In this document: piece after piece, positions 1 through 6,650 of the stretch
How the letters are laid out: each line of letters opens with the position of its first letter
How positions within the stretch are numbered: the stretch's first letter is position 1
Assembly (NCBI GenBank): GCA_026014495.1
Contig: JAOZIF010000070.1
Location: 1-11,264 of the forward strand
Length of the DNA stretch: 11,264 nucleotides
Source of the DNA: Candidatus Bathyarchaeum sp.
GTDB lineage: Archaea > Thermoproteota > Bathyarchaeia > Bathyarchaeales > Bathyarchaeaceae
Direction of reading: 5' to 3'
Notes under the pieces: generated by a model
The model's input: the letters and a program-made list of their open reading frames with translations, nothing else
What the model was told of the DNA's origin: nothing
Database searches by the model: none
Made by a program: the position numbers and the translations under genes

Positions 1-2251
1 ACACGTACTCCATCCACGAGCTCATGCATTCATCAGCAACTGCAGGAACACCATTTGCAAAACGTTTTGTTTGTTCAAATTGCTCAGTACCAGGAGATTG
101 ATCAGTCACAATGCCTTTGATCAGTATACTATCTCCTTTTGCGACAACGTCATCTTGAACTGTCAAAGTTGTAGCGCTTGGTCCCTTACCGACACAATAT
201 ATCTGATTGTCGTAATAATTGTAATATACTACGAAACCATCGGCAAGAACCATAGTTGATGTACCTCCTCCTCCAGTTTGACCAGCCCATGCAGTTAGAG
301 TCCATAATTCGTCTCCAGTGAAAGCGTCAATGCAGTATACCTTTTCGTCTTTGTATAGCGGGTAGTTAGGAGAGTGCTCATTATTGAAAGCGTAGACTTT
401 TCCGTCAGCAATAGCACCTATGAATATTGGATAATTGCCCCACACTGTTTCCATACCGCTGTTAGTGTTGTTATATACCCACAGTAGGTTTCCGTTCGCA
501 GTATCATAGCAGTAGATTTCTCCACCATAGCCTTGCTGGTAAAGATTGCCATAAGCGGTAAAGACAATAGGACCTTTACCTCCTCCACTTCCATAATACA
601 TAAAGTCATTTTTGTCTTCAGTCGTTGGACCCCACAATAGGCTTCCATCGTCAAGGCTGTAACCCAAGAATTGCATATCCTCATCCACAGCCATTATGAA
701 CACGCGATTAACCGCGTCCACTGGATTATAGCCTTGGTGATCAATTCCTATCCTCTGAGTTATGTAACCTTCTGGCGCTGAATAATCTTTGATCCATATT
801 AGTTCACCTATTTCACCTCTTGATTCGTCGAGATTTAGTGCCCATAGCGTGTAAGGATCTGGAGTGCCGGTCTGTCGGAAATTCGGGAATGTTGTGCTGG
901 TTCCAAATATTAAGTCGCCAGGAAGAACGGTAATGATTCTAGCGTCAGAAGTTCCGGGCAAATCGGGTATTGTCACTTTCCATAAGTACTGGTTTGCGCC
1001 GCTGACATCAATCTCCTTGCCTAGAGGTCTAAATTGATAGGCTTCGCTGGCCGTCCCTGGGGTTCTCACCAAATTTGAAGCGTTTGTTGCAGCTGTGCTC
1101 CACAATGATAGCTCTCTGTCGGCATAGTTAAGCACGTAACGTTCGATTTCTCCAAGATTCGTGTATACTTCTGTTCCTGAAGGAACACCAGTTAAGTTAT
1201 ATGCGTTCTTTCCAGTAAATGCGTCAATTCCAATCCATTTGCTTCCACTTGTTTGCCACAAAATTCCGCCGACGACTCCGTGTTGGTTGCGTGATTCGTA
1301 ATTATAGAGTTGCCCAAAAGTTGGACGAATATCGTCCCGACGCCAGATCTCTTCGCCAGAATTCAAATCAATACACACATATCCCCCGCCACTGCCGGAA
1401 TGGCTAAGAGGTAACTCACAATAGAGTCGCCCATACATGATTATTGAATTCTGGAATCTGCCTTCATATGAACCTCCAGAATAGAAACCGGTAGCATCGT
1501 TTGGATTTGAAGAGAGTCCTCCGACAATACCTCCGAACTCGGCAGGCATTGTCCACATTATGTGAGCACTGTTAGGGGCAATTCCGTCTTTTTGCCAAAC
1601 GTTCTTATATGCACCGATGTGAGATCCTCCAAGCCAGTGCGATCCAAGATTAGCCCATGCTGTGTTCTGTCCTTCGATTGGTCGTGTCCAGTACTCGGTT
1701 GGAAGAGGATACTCAGGGATCTTCTCCACGGGCTCATCAGTTACAGTAAGGGTTGTTGTTGCGCTGCTGCCTGTAAAAGTATCATTGACGTATACATCCA
1801 TGCCTCTCCCGTATAAATAATCGGGGTTACCAGGAGGCAAACCATTGGGGCCATACCAAGAAATCACTTGTCCTGGGTAATCCATTGTGAATTCGTATGT
1901 ACCGATTTGGTTAACGGTGTATACAGTGAATGTAGATCCTGTCGAGTCAGAATTCCATGGACCAAATGTTTCGACGTTTCCGTCAGGCTGTTTAACGGTC
2001 AGTGTCATGTCGCGCCATACATCACCACCCTCTCCAACTGCTGTTGGTGGGTTTGGATGAACCCACATTACAACATATACACTTTGACCGACCCCTACGG
2101 GGTTGGGTGAAACTACGATGTATGAATATGTTGGAATAGTTAGCGGCGGGTCATGTGCAGATATTGTTGGTAAAGTAAGTAGAATAGCAGTAGTAGTTAA
2201 CATTAAAACCAAAAATATTGTAGTCACTGTTTTACTGTTTATTTTCATCAT
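1..2251 (-). CDS. Secreted PQQ-like (BamB-type repeat) beta-propeller surface protein, paralog A; 3' end runs off the window
   Basis: Manual translation gives 750 codons with no stop from ATG 2251 to the window edge. GGAG and an A-run precede the start; in-frame alternative ATGs are at 2263 and 2248. It begins with a signal peptide (MMKINSKTVTTIFLVLMLTTTAILLTLPTISA-HDPP), followed by SPNPVGVGQ, EYWTRPIEGQN, propeller Trp-docking motifs (DLNSGEEIW, SLDDGSLLW, DTANGNLLW, DAFTGDELW) and ...SWMEYV at the edge. It is colinear with 6651..9335, which implies about 125 aa lie outside the window. Confidence 0.93.
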   Translation of the reverse strand, partial: MMKINSKTVTTIFLVLMLTTTAILLTLPTISAHDPPLTIPTYSYIVVSPNPVGVGQSVYVVMWVHPNPPTAVGEGGDVWRDMTLTVKQPDGNVETFGPWNSDSTGSTFTVYTVNQIGTYEFTMDYPGQVISWYGPNGLPPGNPDYLYGRGMDVYVNDTFTGSSATTTLTVTDEPVEKIPEYPLPTEYWTRPIEGQNTAWANLGSHWLGGSHIGAYKNVWQKDGIAPNSAHIMWTMPAEFGGIVGGLSSNPNDATGFYSGGSYEGRFQNSIIMYGRLYCELPLSHSGSGGGYVCIDLNSGEEIWRRDDIRPTFGQLYNYESRNQHGVVGGILWQTSGSKWIGIDAFTGKNAYNLTGVPSGTEVYTNLGEIERYVLNYADRELSLWSTAATNASNLVRTPGTASEAYQFRPLGKEIDVSGANQYLWKVTIPDLPGTSDARIITVLPGDLIFGTSTTFPNFRQTGTPDPYTLWALNLDESRGEIGELIWIKDYSAPEGYITQRIGIDHQGYNPVDAVNRVFIMAVDEDMQFLGYSLDDGSLLWGPTTEDKNDFMYYGSGGGKGPIVFTAYGNLYQQGYGGEIYCYDTANGNLLWVYNNTNSGMETVWGNYPIFIGAIADGKVYAFNNEHSPNYPLYKDEKVYCIDAFTGDELWTLTAWAGQTGGGGTSTMVLADGFVVYYNYYDNQIYCVGKGPSATTLTVQDDVVAKGDSILIKGIVTDQSPGTEQFEQTKRFANGVPAVADECMSSWMEYV

Positions 2252-2608
2252 TTTTTTCTCCATTTATTTACTATAATTTGCTATAATCTGATGTGAATTT
2301 AAGATTTGTTAACATGTATGATTGAAAAAACGAAAAGTATAACTTTAAAGTAGTGCCTTGAGAGATAATATTAGGTTCTGTAAAGTCTTCGGTTGACGAA
2401 TAACTTTTCTCTTGCTGTAGAAAATCAAGTAGAACAATGAAGATTTTTAAGAACAAACAAAGAAAATAATGGATTGTTACTACAGCAACGCATCACTTTC
2501 GTAAATCTCTGGAAAGTTCAGTTTCAAGAATGTTGTTTTAAGAAAGCAGAAATGTAGTAGCCAATATTAGGCCACAAAATTGTTTGAAAAGAAAATGGTG
2601 AAAGCGAA

Positions 2609-2797
2609 TTATCTTCGTTTTCTTCTTTGTCGTTTACCTGGCGTGTATTGACCGCTATCCCTGCTTAAGATGAAGCGCTTATAGTAAGAACTACGGTTGT
2701 TGACTCTGGGCGCTGTAGAGTGTCTTTCCCGTGCTTCTACTTTGGGAGTTATGGATCTTACTTTGCCAGCCTTAGATAATGAACCGTGTGATGGCAC
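2609..2797 (-). CDS. rps30e: 30S ribosomal protein S30e (eS30), 62 aa, GTG start
   Basis: Translation (M)PSHGSLSKAGKVRSITPKVEARERHSTAPRVNNRSSYYKRFILSRDSGQYTPGKRQRRKRR carries the eS30 signature HGSL-KAGKVR-TPKV and a basic tail. GTG at 2797 follows the purine-rich AGGATGTGAG. The track's 27-aa N-terminal extension is not eS30-like. Confidence 0.93.
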   Translation of the reverse strand: MPSHGSLSKAGKVRSITPKVEARERHSTAPRVNNRSSYYKRFILSRDSGQYTPGKRQRRKRR

Positions 2798-2842
2798 AAT
2801 CTCACATCCTTTTAATCGTTGATGAACTACTGCATATTGGGA

Positions 2843-2850
2843 TTTATAAA
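2843..2850. promoter_or_regulatory. Palindromic TATA-box candidate TTTATAAA between the divergent rps30e and nucleotidyltransferase genes
   Basis: It matches the archaeal TATA consensus on both strands and lies 46 nt upstream of the rps30e GTG. The transcription start site is not verifiable here. Confidence 0.45.
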
Positions 2851-2928
2851 GATTCACAAAATTTGGGTTACTAAACATATATCTTTGAGGAGAAATAATT
2901 CATAACAAGGCACTTGGGGTGAACTTGT

Positions 2929-3567
2929 GTGAAAGAAGCAATAATTTTGGCAGGAGGCGAAGGCTGGCGACTAAAACCTGCAACGTGGGTTCCAAAGCCA
3001 CTGTTGAAGATAAACAAGAAAACCTTGATTGATCATCAAATCGATTGGTTGCGTTCCCATGATTTTGAGAATATTATTGTTGCGTCCAATAGAACAGATC
3101 TTACAAAAGAGCATGTTACGTATTCGCCAGAAGAGAATAGTTTAGGAACTGGTGGTGCAACGAAAAAAGCCTTTGAGCAGGTCAAGGGAAAGGTTGCGTA
3201 TGTCATGAACGTTGATGACCTTGTTTTTTATGACCCTAATGAGCTCTTTGATTATGCAGGTAAGGGAGCGGGCATTCTTTTGGCTAATCCACAGATACCT
3301 TTTGGCAAGGTTACGCTTACGAATGGTATTGACGTTATCCGTTTTCAGCATAGGCAAACGCTTGATTTCTACGTTAGCACGGGACATTATGTCTTTAAGA
3401 AAAGTGCAGTGGAACAGATTTTTCCAAATGAAGGCGATTTTGAGCTTTCTGCTATGCAACGGTTGGCGGATAAAAAGATGCTTCAGGGCTATACATATCA
3501 TGGTATGTGGTTTACTCTTAATACCATGAAGGATCTTATGGACATAAGGAGATTCTTTAAGGAGTAA
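2929..3567 (+). CDS. Sugar-phosphate nucleotidyltransferase family protein (NTP_transferase domain only), 212 aa
   Basis: N-terminal AIILAGGEGWRLKP...PKPLL motif, then LGTGGA and VMNVDD. GTG start preceded by GGGGTGA. No C-terminal beta-helix domain. Confidence 0.88.
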   Translation: MKEAIILAGGEGWRLKPATWVPKPLLKINKKTLIDHQIDWLRSHDFENIIVASNRTDLTKEHVTYSPEENSLGTGGATKKAFEQVKGKVAYVMNVDDLVFYDPNELFDYAGKGAGILLANPQIPFGKVTLTNGIDVIRFQHRQTLDFYVSTGHYVFKKSAVEQIFPNEGDFELSAMQRLADKKMLQGYTYHGMWFTLNTMKDLMDIRRFFKE

Positions 3568-3578
3568 CTGCATTTGGC

Positions 3579-4112
3579 ATGAAAGTTTTGGCGTTGATTG
3601 GTAGCCCCCGAAGAGGGGGCAATACTGATTTGTTAGTGGATCAGGTTTTGGAAGGAAGTAGAACAAAAGGGCATGTGGCGCGGAAGCTCTACTTGTATGA
3701 TTATACAATTTCTGTGTGTAGTGATTGTAGGGGTTGCAAAAAGGGAGATTATGTTTGTTGTGTACACGATGAGATGCAGCAGCTTTATCCTTTGATGGCA
3801 GATGCTGATGTGATAGTTTTTGGTACGCCCGTGTATTGGTATGGTCCTACTGCAAAGATGAAGATGCTTCTTGATAGGTTGCGTCCGTTTGTTGAGAATA
3901 AGAAGTTGGTTGGTAAGCGAGCAGTTGTTGTTTTGCCTTCTGCGGAGGGCTCCAAGGCGTGTGGTCCGTTGATTGAGATGTTTCGGTTGTCTTTTGAGTA
4001 TTTGGGAATGGAATTAGTGGGTAAGGTTTTGGGTAAAGCATATGAGAAAGGCGAAATCTTAGAGAACAAAAAAGAGTTGGATGCCGCATACAAGATGGGC
4101 GCTTTGTTGTAG
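3579..4112 (+). CDS. Flavodoxin-fold NAD(P)H-dependent FMN reductase / iron-sulfur flavoprotein (Isf-like), 177 aa
   Basis: FMN phosphate loop GSPRRGGNT, CxxCxxCx6C (CSDCRGCKKGDYVC) matching the Isf [4Fe-4S] motif, and FGTPVYW. It starts 11 nt after the upstream stop, so it is probably co-transcribed. Confidence 0.9.
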   Translation: MKVLALIGSPRRGGNTDLLVDQVLEGSRTKGHVARKLYLYDYTISVCSDCRGCKKGDYVCCVHDEMQQLYPLMADADVIVFGTPVYWYGPTAKMKMLLDRLRPFVENKKLVGKRAVVVLPSAEGSKACGPLIEMFRLSFEYLGMELVGKVLGKAYEKGEILENKKELDAAYKMGALL

Positions 4113-4147
4113 CTGTTTGTTCTGAAGGCAACAATAAACACTTATGT

Positions 4148-4161
4148 TTTTTACGTAAAAA
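4148..4161. terminator. Perfect 14-bp palindrome TTTTTACGTAAAAA between convergent genes; candidate bidirectional oligo-T terminator
   Basis: It gives a T-run on each strand in the 105-nt gap between the stops at 4112 (+) and 4218 (-). Oligo-T termination is established in archaea. Confidence 0.4.
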
Positions 4162-4217
4162 GGGCCAGGTGTAGTGTTCTATTTTTGTGTGGGTTTTTGT
4201 GATTTTTTTGTTGGTTG

Positions 4218-4460
4218 TTAGGTTATTCGTCGCCAGCCTTGTTTTGTGATTTCGGTTGATTTGTTTTCGAACACTGTTTTTGCGCCGCATTTGCATGTGG
4301 CGTGGATTTTTGTTGTTCCTTGTTGTGTTTTGTGCACTGAACCATTTAGTATTACAAGTTTGGCGGGTTTGGAGACACTCTTTTTTTGGTAGAATATACC
4401 TAGTGGTCGCTTGCAGGCGCTGCATCTGAGTGTTAATTTTTGTCCGCGTTGGCTGTCCAT
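4218..4460 (-). CDS. Small hypothetical Cys-motif (probable zinc-binding) protein, 80 aa
   Basis: MDSQRGQKLTLRCSACKRPLG...HATCKCGAKTVFENK... contains CxxC and a distal CxC pair. ATG 4460, preceded by GTGGGAAAA, is preferred over the track start at 4514. Confidence 0.7.
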   Translation of the reverse strand: MDSQRGQKLTLRCSACKRPLGIFYQKKSVSKPAKLVILNGSVHKTQQGTTKIHATCKCGAKTVFENKSTEITKQGWRRIT

Positions 4461-4595
4461 TTTTCCCACTGTATACACGCTCAAATCTAGATTATCGAAC
4501 CCAAATAAAAACAATGCAATCGTTGTTTGTATAATGAAGCGTTATTAGTGGCTTGGTATGTTTGTGTTGTTAATGCTTAAAAGTTCAGGGATTAA

Positions 4596-5627
4596 ATGTG
4601 TGAATGGGGGATTTGTATGTCAAGTGTTTGTGAAAAGATTTTGGATTCTCCGCCAGAAGAGATTGAGCAAGAGCTTGATAAGCTTCGGGCAGAGCTGGAT
4701 AATGAGATTCCAGAAAAGTCTGTGGATAAGAATTTGCTTGTTGCTACTTGGAATATTCGGGGTTTTGGGGGTTTAACCGAAAAATGGGTGGTGGCGGACA
4801 GTGATAGTCCGAAGCGTAATCTTCATGCACTGCGGTGTATAACCGAGATTGTTTCCAGATTTGATGTGGTTGCGCTTCAAGAGGTCAAAGGGAACATCAA
4901 GTCTTTACGTCACATGTTAAAGGCTCTTGGGCAGAATTGGGCATTGGTTTTAACGGATGTTACTAAGGGCGCTCCGGGTAATAGTGAACGTATGGCATAT
5001 GTTTTTGATACACGTAGGGTGCAGATGTCTGGTTTGGCTTGTGAGTTGGTTTTGCCTGAGGAGCAGTTGACCCAGATTGGGGAGGACGCATTAAGTAAGC
5101 AGTTTGCGAGGACACCATATGCTGTGAGTTTTCGGGCGGGGGGTTCTCCTCTGCGGAAGCCGAAGACGTTTATTCTTGTTACTTTGCATGTGCTGTATGG
5201 GTCTAATGCTACGCAACGTGTTCCAGAGTTGAAGGCTATTGCGGAGTGGTTGTCTGATTGGGCGACTAGTATTAATTGTTATGATCATAATTTGATTGCG
5301 TTGGGTGATTTTAACATAGACCGGGCGGATGATGAACTATATCAGGCGTTTACGTCTACTGGATTGCATGTTCCTGAGGATTTGCACAAGGTGCCGCGGA
5401 CTATTTTTTCGGTTTCTGATAAGCCGAATTTGGAAAAGTTTTATGACCAGATTGCTTGGTTTACTGGCGCAAACAACATGCCTGCCCTATCTATGAAGCA
5501 CATCAAAAGTGGATACTTCGGCTTTACTGATGTTGCACTTTCAACACTTAATTTAACCAAAACTCAGCTGTCATGGCGAATTTCAGATCACTACCCATTA
5601 TGGACAGAGTTTAGTCTAGAAAAATAA
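4596..5627 (+). CDS. Endonuclease/exonuclease/phosphatase (EEP, DNase I-like fold) family hydrolase
   Basis: Catalytic motif set ATWNI, ALQEV, ALGDFN, YDQI and SDHYP is present in the expected order. No signal peptide. The start may instead be ATG 4617, which follows GGGGGA. Confidence 0.92.
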   Translation: MCEWGICMSSVCEKILDSPPEEIEQELDKLRAELDNEIPEKSVDKNLLVATWNIRGFGGLTEKWVVADSDSPKRNLHALRCITEIVSRFDVVALQEVKGNIKSLRHMLKALGQNWALVLTDVTKGAPGNSERMAYVFDTRRVQMSGLACELVLPEEQLTQIGEDALSKQFARTPYAVSFRAGGSPLRKPKTFILVTLHVLYGSNATQRVPELKAIAEWLSDWATSINCYDHNLIALGDFNIDRADDELYQAFTSTGLHVPEDLHKVPRTIFSVSDKPNLEKFYDQIAWFTGANNMPALSMKHIKSGYFGFTDVALSTLNLTKTQLSWRISDHYPLWTEFSLEK

Positions 5628-5629
5628 AG

Positions 5630-5655
5630 TTCTGTGCTTGACAAAACAGAAAAAA
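5630..5655. terminator. Hairpin TTCTGT-N10-ACAGAA plus an A6/T6 run between the convergent EEP and TrmB genes
   Basis: 6-bp arms at 5630-5635 and 5646-5651. The minus strand reads CTTTTTTCTGTTTTG downstream of the TrmB stop. Confidence 0.4.
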
Positions 5656-5683
5656 GCTAGAATCCCAATTAACTTTAAAAATT

Positions 5684-6502
5684 TCAAGTCTGTTTGTAGT
5701 CTGTGTTATATTTTGGTTCTTCTAGTGCTGTCATCCACAGAATATTGTAGTAATCTCTCATTCCGGCGATTAAACTAGAACTGTTTGACCACAATGCAGT
5801 GGACTCCAAAAGTTCAACATTTGGATCTGCAATAACTAAAATTTCTCGTTGGTCGTATATGCTCACAACGGTTTCTGGAGCATGAGGAATAAATCTCACA
5901 TGGCAACAGGAGCCACTGGTAAGAAACTTCAAAAGTTCAGTTGCAGCTCTACTTTTTTCAGGTTTATTCATAACAAATCTACATTTGACGCCTCTAGACC
6001 AAGCGTTTTCAAGAGTGTCAGAAAAAAGATGAATCTTCAAAAGCCGCTTATACGAACTCACAACATCAATAGACTTCTGGGCAGTTTTGGTCAAAGCCCT
6101 TACTTTTTCAACAAAAGTTTCTCGTCTTGGAGTTAAAATAAATCGTGGTTTTTCTAACTCTTGTTTCGTGTTGTTGGTGACTTGAAAGCGTTTAAGCAAA
6201 AGTTTGCTTTTTAGCTGTAAGTTGGTAATTTGTTTTTGTTTGCGTTTGAGTAATAATGAAACTCCTTTTTCTATTGGTATTGACCTAAATTTGGTTGGCC
6301 AACTGATTATTTTTTCAATTAATCCCAGATCGTTAAGGTTAGCCATTACTCGGTATATATCTTGGCGAGGTACAGCTGTGCATTTTGTTACTGTTCTGAC
6401 ATCTAATATTCCATGATGACAAAGAGCCAAGTACACTTTTGCCTCGTTAAGAGTTAATCCCAAATTTTTTAGAATCTCGATTTCGTCGGTTTCAGATGAC
6501 AA
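5684..6502 (-). CDS. TrmB-family transcriptional regulator (N-terminal winged HTH plus C-terminal effector domain), 272 aa
   Basis: LGLTLNEAKVYLAL...VPRQDIYRVMANLNDLGLIEK is the TrmB winged-HTH pattern. The C-terminal RGVKCRFV / IYDQREIL / YYNILW segments fit the TrmB effector domain. TTG start. Confidence 0.9.
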   Translation of the reverse strand: MSSETDEIEILKNLGLTLNEAKVYLALCHHGILDVRTVTKCTAVPRQDIYRVMANLNDLGLIEKIISWPTKFRSIPIEKGVSLLLKRKQKQITNLQLKSKLLLKRFQVTNNTKQELEKPRFILTPRRETFVEKVRALTKTAQKSIDVVSSYKRLLKIHLFSDTLENAWSRGVKCRFVMNKPEKSRAATELLKFLTSGSCCHVRFIPHAPETVVSIYDQREILVIADPNVELLESTALWSNSSSLIAGMRDYYNILWMTALEEPKYNTDYKQT

Positions 6503-6566
6503 ACCCTGCCCCCAAGAGTCCTTACGTAGTATATTTCATTCGATACATAGAAAAAACTTTCGCATG

Positions 6567-6589
6567 TGTCAGTCGGAACCCGTCTTACA
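6567..6589. promoter_or_regulatory. Imperfect inverted repeat TGTCAGTCGG-AAC-CCGTCTTACA; candidate TrmB operator
   Basis: The 10-bp arms have 8 of 10 positions complementary. It is the GC-richest patch in the AT-rich 148-bp divergent gap and directly abuts AAAATTTAAC, a BRE/TATA-like element for gene B. Confidence 0.5.
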
Positions 6590-6650
6590 AAAATTTAACT
6601 AAAAAATGAGCAAAATAAATAATTTAAACAAAAATATTTGAGGCAAAAAA

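Noticed and set aside
418-684. Track ORF (88 aa) suggesting paralog A is frameshifted or fragmented
   Set aside because: Codon-by-codon translation shows A is continuous from 2251 to the edge. This ORF is an alternative-frame shadow.
2271-2456. 61-aa minus-strand ORF upstream of paralog A
   Set aside because: It has no recognisable motif and overlaps the expected promoter region in AT-rich DNA.
2798-2878. 27-aa N-terminal extension of eS30, possibly a fusion like eukaryotic FUBI-eS30
   Set aside because: It is too short and not ubiquitin-like, it spans the TATA candidate, and GTG 2797 gives the normal archaeal length.
3142-4425. Long antisense ORFs (188, 118 and 192 aa)
   Set aside because: They lie opposite well-supported genes. 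The A/C-rich minus strand is T-poor and so depleted of stop codons, which explains their length.
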